Below, piece after piece: positions 52,885 to 63,639 of a stretch of DNA of 64,000 bases. Numbering within the stretch: the first letter of the stretch is position 1; each line of letters begins with the position of its first letter. A model generated the notes under the pieces. It worked only from the letters and a program-made list of their open reading frames with translations. It ran no database searches and was not told where the DNA came from. The translations under genes and the position numbers were made by a program. The DNA lies in NCBI GenBank assembly GCA_030390025.1, contig CM059426.1, positions 88,412,001-88,476,000 on the forward strand. The letters run 5' to 3'. The stretch comes from Squalus acanthias (Eukaryota).

Positions 52885-54642
52885 ATGGAATTCCCAAAAG
52901 CTGGTCCAAGCAAAAGGAAGAGAGTGGTCTTAACTTTAAAACAGAAAATCGAGATATGCCAACGACTAGAAAGGGGAGAGAAGCGTATCAACATTATGAA
53001 TGAATTCAAAATCGGTTCGTCAACAATCTACGACATCAAATCGCAGAAGGATAAGCTGCTCAAGTTTTATTCAAGCTCGGAGACATGCAAGAGTGTAGAG
53101 AAACGGCGTACGCTTCGTAAGCCTAAGCTTGAAGAGCTGGATACCGTGCTTTATGAATGGTTTTCTCTTAAGCGTTCAGAGGGTGTTCCAATTTCCGGAC
53201 CCATGCTCATCGAGAAAGCGAAGGAATTCTACGATAGGATGGAGCTCACTGACAAGTGTGCTTTCTCCGATGGATGGCTAACGTGCTTCAAGTTACGGCA
53301 CGGGATACGACGACTCGATATTTCCGGGGAGAAGAAATCAGCTGATCACGAAGCCGCAGAAGAATACTGCAATTATTTCAATCGGATTGTGCAGCAACAT
53401 GATTTGTCGCCAGCACAGATCTACAATGCCGATGAAACTGGCTTGTTTTGGAGGTTTTTGCCAGAATCAACGCTTGCTGGGGCTAGTGAGGCTAATGCTT
53501 CAGGTTACAAGAAAAATAAAGATCGTGTAACCGTGCTAACATGTGCGAACGCTGCTGGATCACACCGGGTTAAACTTCTTGTTATCGGGAAGTATAAAAA
53601 TCCCCGTGCATTTAAAAATGTGAGGCACTTACCTGTTGAGTACAAAGCTCAAAAAAATGCTTGGATGGATAAGGAAATCTTCTCCGATTGGTTCCATCAT
53701 ATTTTTGTTCCATCTGTGAAGGAACATTTCCGCAGAATAGGGAAACCTGAAGATAGCAAATGCATTTTATTGCTTGATAATTGCAGAGCCCATCCGCATG
53801 AATCCCAGTTGGTTTCGGGAAATATTTTCACCATTTATTTGCCACCAAATGTAACTTCTCTCATCCAACCCATGGACCAGGGCGTTATCCAAAATCTGAA
53901 GTGTCATTACAAGAAAGACTTCCTACGTAAACTGCTAAGCCAAGATGAGAATATTCAAGATTTGCAGAAGGAATACAATATTAAAGATGCCATCTATAAT
54001 GTTGCATGTTCCTGGAAATTGGTGAAAGGTCACACTCTGAGGCAAGCCTGGTGCAAATTGTGGCCTTCTGTAATGTTTGCTGAAGGTTCTTCTTCAGAGG
54101 AGGAATTTCATGGGTTCAGTGTTCGTCCCAAGAAGAGTACAATAATGGAAATGGCTGGAATGGTGAAAAATGCAGGCCCAGCAAACCCTCTACGTCACCT
54201 CAGTGAAAGTGATATCGAGCAGTGGGTTGATGCAGATAGAGAAGTTGGTGTTGTGCATATGCTAAGTGATGATGAAATAATTCAGAATGTTTTGAATCCA
54301 AAGAAAGAAAAGGAAAGCGAGATGGAAAGTGAAGAGGATGAGATTTCTGAAGAAGAGAAGATTTCTTGGGCTAAAGCTGCAGAAGGATTTTCTACAATCC
54401 TCAAATTTGCTGAAAGGCAGAATTGCTACACTGCACAAGAAGTTATGCAACTCCATATTTTGCATTCCACCTTTCTACAGAAAAGGCAAGAGTCCACTAA
54501 GCAAACCGACATCCGCAACATGTTTAAGAAAGCTTCCAAAAGAGTCGCAGCAGCGGAAGTGCCTGAAGAATCGGTGGAACTGCGTGATCCTGATGACCCA
54601 GCTGGCACGGATATTTCTGATGAACCAGATGACTCGGAATAA
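52885..54642 (+). CDS. Tigger/pogo (jerky-like) DDD transposase, 585 aa
   Basis: ATG at 52885; CENP-B-type HTH ([15 protein letters not shown]), Tc5 HTH (LYEWF...[10 protein letters not shown]...FSDGWL..FK.RHGI), catalytic YNADETG / LLLDNCRAH / QPMDQG with 32 residues between the last two Asp; no stops. Confidence 0.95.
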   Translation: MEFPKAGPSKRKRVVLTLKQKIEICQRLERGEKRINIMNEFKIGSSTIYDIKSQKDKLLKFYSSSETCKSVEKRRTLRKPKLEELDTVLYEWFSLKRSEGVPISGPMLIEKAKEFYDRMELTDKCAFSDGWLTCFKLRHGIRRLDISGEKKSADHEAAEEYCNYFNRIVQQHDLSPAQIYNADETGLFWRFLPESTLAGASEANASGYKKNKDRVTVLTCANAAGSHRVKLLVIGKYKNPRAFKNVRHLPVEYKAQKNAWMDKEIFSDWFHHIFVPSVKEHFRRIGKPEDSKCILLLDNCRAHPHESQLVSGNIFTIYLPPNVTSLIQPMDQGVIQNLKCHYKKDFLRKLLSQDENIQDLQKEYNIKDAIYNVACSWKLVKGHTLRQAWCKLWPSVMFAEGSSSEEEFHGFSVRPKKSTIMEMAGMVKNAGPANPLRHLSESDIEQWVDADREVGVVHMLSDDEIIQNVLNPKKEKESEMESEEDEISEEEKISWAKAAEGFSTILKFAERQNCYTAQEVMQLHILHSTFLQKRQESTKQTDIRNMFKKASKRVAAAEVPEESVELRDPDDPAGTDISDEPDDSE

Positions 54643-55463
54643 GTGTACAGTCAACTACAGTACTGTAGACAGTCGTTTATAAGTTTTGTTTTACTGTTAA
54701 GTAATTAAAGAGTTATGGATTACCCTCAACTGGCATTACTGTACTTAATCAAGCATCTTCCACCATCCATTTAACACAACATTCTGTAGGTGAGTACCCA
54801 AATACTGTATACTGCACATTTCTTGATTTTTTTAGGTTAAAAATAGCCTCGGTAGATATAACTCTCCGTTATCCGGTACTTTCGATAAACCGGCACCACG
54901 CCGGTCCCGTCGATGCCGGATAAACGAAAGTTTCCTGTATATATCTTCCAGTTTTTGCTACATCAGAGACATGCCTCTAGCTCCCTACAACCAGGTGTCT
55001 AATTCCTTCCCTCTACAGTCAAGTCTGTGTGAAACAGCAGTAGCTTGAGAATTCCTTTAAGGCAGTTTAAAGATTTAATTGGGAAACAAACACCTAGGTG
55101 ACAGGGTGTATTGCACAAAGGATGTTTATGGAAAATATTATACGTTAAAATTATCTCCCCTATTTGTGAAACAGACAATTTACTTGAAAGAGAGATTAAA
55201 AACTCCAACAAATTGGCTAAAATGTAACTATTTATGAAAAAATTCAACTCATCTGCACAGATTTAATTTGTTCATTTTATGTTTGATTCAATAACTTCTA
55301 AAGTCTCTTTATTTTCTGCTATATTCTATAAGCCAATGAATAAAGTTCCAATACCTCTAATCAGCTTTCTACCTATTAGCCACCAAAAGTTCTCCCCATT
55401 TGTGCCTTAAAGTACAAAGAATTATCAGGGGAGTGTGATCTGTTTATTTGAAGATGTCTTTAC

Positions 55464-55813
55464 CTGTTGTAGAGAAGACATATGTTCCGATTGATTTTTT
55501 GGTCTGAGCGGTAACGTCTGTGATCCTCCCACATATCTTTGAGAGCATTCGGGAGGAGGACGATCAGGATGGGGATGAGGCTGATCACTGGCTGGAAGGC
55601 ATTGACGATGGGCACAAAGTTGAGCGCGGCAATGCAGATAAAATATACATTGGCCAGCCGGTGCAGCTGCTCAAAGAGATTCTTGGGCACAAAGGACCAC
55701 ACCGTGTACTTGGTTGTCTTGATCCCATTTCCCAAATATGGTTGGTTTGTAGCTTTTGTGCTCCCTTCATACAACAAATTCGAAACCACGATCCTCTTGG
55801 TGCCCTCCTTCAT
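55464..55813 (-). CDS. ATP10D: P4-ATPase first coding exon (N-terminus, TM1-TM2), ATP10A-like 'NFVP/AFQP' type
   Basis: MKEGTKRIVVSNLL...IKTTKYTVWSFVPKNLFEQLHRLANVYFICIAALNFVPIVNAFQP...KDMWEDHRRYRSDQKIN; phase-2 donor AG|GTAAAG fits the acceptor at 42484. Confidence 0.85.
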
Positions 55814-56310
55814 TTTTCATTTACTTTCCTTATTTACAATTATGCAGCCTGCTAGCATTGCCATGGTTTCAAAGTTGTTTCCTTCTATCTAAATGGCCAC
55901 AGCCCAGTAAATCCTGCTGCCCCAATCTCCGCATGCTCCTCTCGACTGGTTTGGAAAGTCTGTTGTTTTGTGACTGGCAATCCCTGACACAGTTATCACT
56001 CCGGTCCTTCACTTGTTAATCATAAACTTGCATTTGGCTCAGCTTGTTTCCTGCACCACCCACTTGTAAACTACCTGGACGCACACATGCCAGATTCTTT
56101 GGTAACTGTAATCCAATTGCATTTGTGACGCTTAATGCCTTAATTTCCTTGTTACCAGCAAACGTTGCTACGATAGACGCAGAGCGCATACAGTAGAGTG
56201 TTCTTTATTTCACTGGTCATGAAAATCCATGAACTCACCAGTGGCAAATCACACAAGGGTCACACTCATTTGTAGAATAAGGTGGATATTCACTGTTTGC
56301 ACAAGAGAAT

Positions 56311-57014
56311 GGGCCAAATCTTGCTGGAAAAATAACTGTGTGTATTAATGCGCAAGTTATGGGGATTAACAGATACACCGCGAGATGCGAATCTCCAGAA
56401 CTTATTGGTCGATTTGCGCTGCTCCGCCATTTGCTTTGCACAAACGGCATCTTGCCTCCCTGTTATTTTTAAGAACTTGCTGGATTTTCACATTAAACTC
56501 ACTGCAGAAAGTTAAGTCTGGTAATTAAGAGCGCAAATATCCTTTTAATGATGTTATAATTGTTAATGCAATGCCAATCAACCGCTCAGGTCCAGAAAGG
56601 AAACAACTGAAACTATGGAGTCTCATTTCTTCAGGTAGTAAATTGTTCTTAGAAATTTCAAAATAAAATTATATGTTTTCATACTTTTTCTTTCTGTCTC
56701 TTTTTTCTCTCTCTCTTAATCCAATCTTTCTTTTCTTCTCTTTATTTCTCTTTCTGTATTTGATTTGACTCTAATTTACCCTGCTTCTCAGTCATTCCTC
56801 TGTATTTTCTCAATCCTTAAATCTCTGGTTAGGGAGATACACTGTTGGTCCCATCGTTCACAAAGGTCCCAAATGCCCCATTGCCCTCGTCGCAACATTA
56901 TCAGCTCTCACTTCCAGCAACTTATAGGGCAAAAAATTTGAGCTGAAGGGTGAAGAGAGAAGTCTAACTAACAGCACATGGCACACAATGCCCCGCTCCA
57001 ACAAGATTTGGGCC
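56311..57014. mobile_element. Harbinger-like MITE
   Basis: TIRs GGGCCAAATCTTG / CAAGATTTGGGCC; flanks AAT / ATT. Confidence 0.7.
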
Positions 57015-60000
57015 ATTGTGATCACTTGGTTTAAAGCGGCCGGGCCAAGCCTACAGTGCAATTTATAAACAGTGAAAACCAAAGCAATTTAATTTCTCTT
57101 CCTAAATAGGTACCAATCCCCTTCTAAAGAGCAAAGTATACCTTGGAGTGTGTATCATGAGTAGTACTTGTTCTAAAATCCACATTGTTCTCCCTGGCAT
57201 GAAGAGGATATTATTAAAACAAACTGGAAAGTATTGGGCTCCTTCATGAAATGCTACATTCATCCATTTCAGCAGACAATTAGTGCAGTGCATGTGCTTA
57301 AGGAGTGTAATCCAATGAAATCCTCCAACATGAAAAGAAGCGACTGTGTGGGACCCTCTGAGGCATAGAAGATGGTAAATGGTATATAGAGAAGGTAAAT
57401 CAGAAACACTACTTCAATTTAAAGTGCCATAGCAACATAAGGAGGCAGAAGTTCGACTCTGGCTTCAGGACAAAGTTCAAACTGAACAAATAGTTCCTCT
57501 TCACACAAAAGGTGATCAACACATGAAATGGGCTTCAGGATAGGGTAGCGGAGGCCAAAAATCTTGGAAGTATTTAAGAAAGTTAAATGCTGTGATAGGG
57601 CAACCTAAATTATTTTTTAATGATTGAAGTAACATGGACTGAATGCCCTTTCCCATCCGTAACTAACTTGTGTCTAGTCCTTACTAGATGGTGTCTAGTC
57701 CTTACTAGATGGTGTCAGTGAGTCAAATTTGATTTAGTCAGTCACAGGTGTCCTTTTGAAAAAAAAGTTAGAAGCACTGCCCACTGGACAGTCAAGTGCA
57801 CTACTGTAATAACATTTGATTTACAATCAGTACTCAGTTCAGCACGTAGGTCAAGAGAGTTGAACGTGACATCCATCACTCCTGTGTATCAGTTTGATTC
57901 AGTGACAGCACATTAACCTCTGAGGATTCAAGCCCCACTACACGACAAGCACATGATCTAGGCTGATACATCAGTGCAGTACTGAAGGATTGCTGCATGG
58001 TTGGAGGTGCTGCCTATCAGATGAGACATTAAACCAAGGCCCCATCTGCATGTTCAGATAGATCTCATGGCACGATTCAGAAAAGAGGAAGGGAGTTCTC
58101 TTGGTGTCCTGGCTATGATAAATTGACCTTTAGTGTTAGGGGGGGATTAAATAAGAACATAAGAACAGAAGAAATAGGAGCAGGAGTAGGCCAATCGGCC
58201 CTTCGAGCCTGCTCCGCCATTCAATAAGATCATGGCTGATCTGATCCTCACCTCAAATCTAAGAACACAAGAAGTAGGAGCAGGACCCGGCCACTCAGCC
58301 CCTGGGCCCGCTACGCCACCCACAGGGCCTCGACCGATCCGAACTCAGCCTCATGTCCAATTTCCTGCCCGCTCCCCGTAACCCCTAATTCCCTTTACTT
58401 CTAGGAAACTGTCTATTTCTGTTTTAAATTTATTTAATGATGTAGCTTCCACAGCTTCCTGGGGCAGCAAATTCCACAGACCTACTACCCTCTGAGTGAA
58501 GAAGTTTCTCCTCATCTCAGTTTTGAAAGAGCAGCCCCTTATTCTAAGATTATGCCCCCTAGTTCTAGTTTCACCCATCCTTGGGAACATCCTTACCGCA
58601 TCCACCCGATCAAGCCCCTTCACAATCTTATATGTTTCAATAAGATCGCCTCTCATTCTTCTGAACTCCAATGAGTAGAGTCCCAATCTACTCAACCTCT
58701 CCTCATATGTCCACCCCCTCATCCCGGGGATTAACCGAGTGAACCTTCTTTGTACTGCCTCGAGAGCAAGTATGTCTTTTCTTAAGTATGGACACCAAAA
58801 CTGTATGCAGTATTCCAGATGCGGTCTCACCAATACCTTATATAACTGCAGCAATACCTCCCTGTTTTTATAATCTATCCACCTAGCAATAAAAGCCAAC
58901 ATTCCGTTGGCCTTCTTGATCACCTGCTGCACCTGCATACTAACTTTTTGATTTTCTTGCACTAGGACCCCCAGATCCCTTTGTACTGCAGTACTTTCCA
59001 GTTTCTTGCCATTAAGATAATAACTTGCTCTCTGATTTTTCCTGCCAAAGTGCATAACCTCACATTTTCCAATATTGTATTGCATCTGCCAAATTTCTGC
59101 CCACTCACCCAGCTTGTCTATATCCCCTTGTAGGTTTTTTATGTCCTCCTCACTTTCTACTTTCCCTCCCATCTTTGTATCATCTGCAAACTTTGATATG
59201 TTACACTCGGTCCCCTCCTCCAAATCGTTAATATAGATTGTAAAGAGTTGGGGACCCAGCACCGACCCCTGCGGAACACCACTGGCTACTGGTTGCCAGT
59301 CCGAGAATGAACCATTTATCCCAACTCTCTGCTTCCTGTGAGATAACCAATCCTCCACCCATGCCAGAATATTACCCCCAATCCAGTGATTTTTTATCTT
59401 GAGCAATAATCTTTTATGTGGCACCTTGTCGAATGCCTTCTGGAAATCTAAATACACTACGTCCATTGGTTCCCCTTTATCCACCCTGTACGTTATGTCC
59501 TCAAAGAACTCAAGCAAATTTGTCAGACATGATTTCCCCTTCATAAAGCCATGCTGACTTTGTCCTATCAAATTATGTTTATCTAAATGTTCCGTTACTG
59601 TCTCCTTAATAATAGACTCCAAAATTTTACCCACCACAGATGTTAGACTAACTGGTCTATAATTTCCAGCTTTCTGCCTACTACCCTTTTTAAATAAGGG
59701 TGTTACATTAGCAGTTTTCCAATCTGCCGGGACCTTTGCTGAGTCCAGGGAATTTTGGAAAATTACCAAAGCATCCACAATCTCTATTGCCACTTCCCTC
59801 AAGACCCTAGGATGTAAGCCATCAGGTCCAGGGGATTTATCCGCCTTGAGTCCCATTATTTTACTGAGTACCAATTCCTTAGTGATTTTAATCGTATTTA
59901 GCTCCTCCCCCCCAGAGCCCCCTGTTTGTCCAGTGTTGGGATATTCTTAGTGTCCTCTACCGTAAAGACTGAAACAAAATATTTGTTCAGCATTTTTGCC

Positions 60001-61129
60001 ATCTCCATGTTTCCCACCATTAATTTCCTGGTCTCATCCTCTAAGGGACCTACGTTTGCCTTAGCCACCCTTTTTCTTTTTATATAACTATAGAAACTCT
60101 TGCTATCTGTTTTTATATTTTTTGCTAATTTATTTTCATAATCTATCTTCCCTTTCTTAATCAATCCTTTAGTTACTTTTTGCTGTCTTTTGAAGACTTC
60201 CCAATCTTCTATCCTCCCACTAAGTTTGGCTACCTTATATGTCCTTGTTTTTAGTTGGATACTATCCTTAATTTCTTTACTTAGCCACGGATGGCTGTCA
60301 TTTCTTTTAGACCCTTTTTTCCTCAGTGGAATATATATTTTTTGAAAGTTGTAAAATAACTCCTTAAATGAACAGCACTGCTCATGTACCGTCTTACCCT
60401 TTAATCTATTTTCCCAGTCCACTTTAATCAATTCCGCTCTCATACCATCATAGTCTCCTTTATTCAAGCTCAGTACGCTTGTCTGAGAACCAATCCTCTC
60501 ACCCTCTAATTGGATATGGAATTCAACCATGTTATGGTCACTCATTCCAAGGGGATCCTTAACTAGGACATTATTAATTAATCCTGACTCATTACACAAG
60601 ACCAGGTCCAAGGTTGCTTGCCCCCTTGTAGGATCAGTTACATACTGCTCAAGAAATCCATCCCTAATACACTCAATAAACTCTTCCTCAAGGCTGCCCT
60701 GCCCAATTTGATTTGTCCAGTTAATATGATAGTTAAAATCCCCCATAATTATAGCTGTTCCCTTATTACATGCCCCAACTATTTCCTGATTAATACTTCT
60801 TCCAGCAGAGTTGCAACTATTAGGAGGCCTATATACTACTCCCACTAGTGTTTTTTTCCTTTTATTATTCCTTATCTCCACCCAAACTGTTTCATTATCC
60901 TGATCCTTTGACCCAATATCATTTCTCTGTAATACAGTGATTCCTTCCTTTATTAACATAGCTACCCCACCTCCTCTTCCTTCCTGTCTGTCCTTCCTGA
61001 TTGTTAAATACCCTGGCATATTTAATTCCCAGTCGTTGTCACCCTGCAGCCATGTTTCTGTAATGGCCACAAGATCATAATTGAGAGGTCGCACAACACC
61101 AGGTTATAGTCCAACAGTTTTATTTGAAA

Positions 61130-61171
61130 TCACAAGCTTTCGGAGCTATCGATTGCTCCTTCCTCAGGTGA
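61130..61171 (-). ncRNA. Minimal type I hammerhead ribozyme motif (inverted arm)
   Basis: Reverse complement of 61996-62037. Confidence 0.75.
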
Positions 61172-61995
61172 AGTAAATTAGATACAGAATCGCCAAAGCA
61201 TATATAGATAGAAAACAAAGCATGTGTACCTTACAATTGCAGACCACCAAATTAAATCATCCTGACTATCTGCCGAGGTGCGATAAAGTTAATTAAGTCA
61301 GCCAGGAAGGTACCACATCAAAGACATAGCAAGATACAACTGAGACAATGAGGTGTAGTCGCAGGGGTTCTAACGTGTCAAAAGCTGCCGTCTGTATGTA
61401 AAACGAAAAGCTTTAAAATTTTTACTTTTTTACTGGGAAAATTTTTACTTTTTTACTGGGAATCACATCTGTGAACAAGCTAACGACGACTCGAGTCCGG
61501 ATCACGTCATGTATCGTGTCATAAAGCGGGTAAGCGTTCTCCAAGGCAACCTTAGAAACACACGACAACACAAAATCATCGAGTAGAAACTGATAGCCAA
61601 GTTCCGCACTCATGAAGACGGTCTCAATCGGGATCTTGGGTTTATGTCACGATACATGACGTGATCCGGACTCGAGTCGTCGTTAGCTTGTTCACAGATG
61701 TGATTCCCAGTAAAAAAAGTAAAAATTTTCCCAGTAAAAAAGTAAAAATTTTAAAGCTTTTCGTTTTACATACAGACGGCAGCTTTTGACACGTTAGAAC
61801 CCCTGCGACTACACCTCATTGTCTCAGTTGTATCTTGCTATGTCTTTGATGTGGTACCTTCCTGGCTGACTTAATTAACTTTATCGCACCTCGGCAGATA
61901 GTCAGGATGATTTAATTTGGTGGTCTGCAATTGTAAGGTACACATGCTTTGTTTTCTATCTATATATGCTTTGGCGATTCTGTATCTAATTTACT

Positions 61996-62037
61996 TCACC
62001 TGAGGAAGGAGCAATCGATAGCTCCGAAAGCTTGTGA
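61996..62037 (+). ncRNA. Minimal type I hammerhead ribozyme motif
   Basis: TCAC-CTGAGGA-A-GGAGC(AATCGATA)GCTCC-GAAA-GC-TT-GTGA. Confidence 0.78.
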
Positions 62038-62427
62038 TTTCAAATAAAACTGTTGGACTATAACCTGGTGTTGTGCGACCTCTCAATTTTGTCCACCCCA
62101 GTCCAACACCGGCATCTCCGCATCATGACCACAAGATCATACCCATACGTAGTTATTTGTACCGTCAATTCGTCTATTTTGTTACGAATGCTGCGTGCAT
62201 TCAGATAAAGAACTTTTAAATATGTTTTGTGACAATTTATTCCTGCTTTTACCCCCTTTACTACTTTACCTTTATCTTTATATATTCTGTCCCTTCCTGA
62301 CACGCTCTGGTTTTTAATTACCCCACTGCTACTTTGCTCTATTGCCTTCTCCGTTGACATTTTTATTTTTTGCTCTCTTGAAACCTCCCCCCCATTAATT
62401 AGTTTAAAGCCCTCTCTACAGCCCTAG

Positions 62428-63339
62428 TTATTCGATTCGCCAGGACTCTAGTCCCAGCACTGGCCAACGGAACAGCTCTCTCCTGTCCCAGTACTGGTGC
62501 CAGTGTCCCAGGTAGCAAAACCCATTTCTCCCACACCAGTCTTTGAGCCATGCATTTAACCCTCTGATTTTATTTACCCTAGCCAAATTTGCTCGTGGCT
62601 CAGGTAGTAATCCAGAGATTACTAACCTAGAGGTTCTGTTTTTTAATTTGGCCTCTAGCTGCTCATACTCCCTCAGCAGAACCTCATTCCTTGTCCTATC
62701 TATGTCATTGGTACCAACATGGATCACGACAACTGGATCTTCCCCCTCCCACTCCAAGTTTCTCTCCAGCCCAGAGGAGATGTCCTTAACCCTGGCACCG
62801 GGCAGGCAACATAGCCTTCGGGACTCTCGCTCTCGGCTGCAAAGAACCCTATCTATCCCCTTAATGATACTATCCCCTATCACTACAACATTTCTTTTTA
62901 CTCCCCCCACTTGAATGGCTCCCCGTACCACGGTGCTGTGGCCAGGTTGCTCATCCTCCCTGCAGTCCCTGCTCCCGTCCTCACAGGGAGTAAGAGCCTC
63001 GAACCTGTTGGACAAGAGCAAGGGCTGCGGCTCCTCCAACACTACCTCCTGGATCCCCGTACCTGCCTCACTCGTAGTCACACCCTCCTGTCCCTGACCA
63101 CGGACTACATCTGAATTAGTTAATCTAATTGGTGTGACTACTTCCTGGAACACAGAGTCCAGGTAACTCTCCCCCTCCCTGATGTGTCGCAGTGTTTGAA
63201 GCTCGGACTCCAGCTCATCAACACGGAGCCGGAGTTCCTCGAGCAGCCAACACTTACTGCAAATGTGATCACCGTGAACATCAATGGTGTCCTCCAGCTC
63301 CCACATATTGCAGCAGTAACACATCACCTGCTCTCCCAT
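62428..63339 (-). CDS. CR1 ORF1p (Cys/His zinc finger-like motif, coiled coil, SGNH esterase); C-terminus probably altered by a small deletion
   Basis: CYCCNMW...HICSKC, LEELRLRVDELESEL, VVVIGDSIIKG, CCLPGARVKD, VIHVGTND. Confidence 0.9.
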   Translation of the reverse strand: MGEQVMCYCCNMWELEDTIDVHGDHICSKCWLLEELRLRVDELESELQTLRHIREGESYLDSVFQEVVTPIRLTNSDVVRGQGQEGVTTSEAGTGIQEVVLEEPQPLLLSNRFEALTPCEDGSRDCREDEQPGHSTVVRGAIQVGGVKRNVVVIGDSIIKGIDRVLCSRERESRRLCCLPGARVKDISSGLERNLEWEGEDPVVVIHVGTNDIDRTRNEVLLREYEQLEAKLKNRTSRLVISGLLPEPRANLARVNKIRGLNAWLKDWCGRNGFCYLGHWHQYWDRRELFRWPVLGLESWRIE

Positions 63340-63403
63340 TCTATGTAATTAATTAAATTTATTATTATTTACCCTTTAATTAATTTAAATTAAAATACAC
63401 TTC

Positions 63404-63639
63404 TGTGACAGTTTGTTCTGAGTCTCCTCACTCCGTCCTGTGGCAGTTTGTTCTGAGTCTCCTCACTCTGTCCTGACAGTTTGTTCTGAGTCTCCTCACT
63501 CTCTGTCCTGACAGTTTGTTCTGAGTCTCCTCACTCTCTGTCCTGACAGTTTGTTCTGAGTCTCCTCACTCTCTGTCCTGACAGTTTGTTCTGAGTCTCC
63601 TCACTCTCTGTCCTGTGGCAGTTTGTTCTGAGTCTCCTC
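63404..63639. repeat. 33-37-bp tandem monomers (about 6.6 units) forming the CR1 5' end
   Basis: Unit GACAGTTTGTTCTGAGTCTCCTCACTCTCTGTCCT. Confidence 0.92.

Larger units (their letters stand above)
52137..54937 (+). mobile_element. Full-length Tigger/pogo DNA transposon (Tc1/mariner superfamily)
   Basis: Perfect 24-bp TIRs CAGGAAACTTTCGTTTATCCGGCA; TA TSD at 52135-52136 and 54938-54939; subterminal AWCCGG repeats; single long transposase ORF. Confidence 0.96.
61080..62128 (+). mobile_element. Palindromic Penelope-like element: inverted pLTR, GIY-YIG C-terminus, pLTR and tail
   Basis: ~446-bp nearly identical inverted arms (61079-61525 and 61641-62088); spacer reads RVSVLQGNLRNTRQHKIIE*KLIAKFRTHEDGLNRDLGFMSRY; 13-bp TSD CCACAAGATCATA (61067-61079, 62129-62141). 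Confidence 0.92.
58351..62240 (-). pseudogene. CR1 ORF2 (APE endonuclease plus reverse transcriptase), interrupted
   Basis: LKVLYLNARSIRNK...YDLV | PLE insertion | YDLVAITETWL...GDFN...SDHN (59898-61079); frameshift at the C-run near 59905-59913; RT 58351-59874 with FADDTK. Confidence 0.93.
58154..63639 (-). mobile_element. Young, nearly full-length CR1 LINE
   Basis: 5' tandem monomers; ORF1 at 62428-63339; ORF2 APE-RT from ~62240 to 58351, broken only by the PLE insertion and one frameshift; 3' tail at 58154. Confidence 0.95.

Noticed and set aside
52885-54642. Domesticated host gene (JRK, JRKL or TIGD)
   Set aside because: Flanked by perfect TIRs and a TA TSD, so it is better explained as a transposon; no gene symbol assigned
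56150-56180. RFX X-box-like motifs upstream of the first coding exon
   Set aside because: Only partial matches; not supportable without conservation data
57670-57716. 21-bp direct duplication GTGTCTAGTCCTTACTAGATG
   Set aside because: A simple local duplication at the end of an old CR1 fragment with no further structure
63404-63639. 35-bp repeats as a CRISPR array
   Set aside because: No spacers; the array is contiguous with the CR1 5' end
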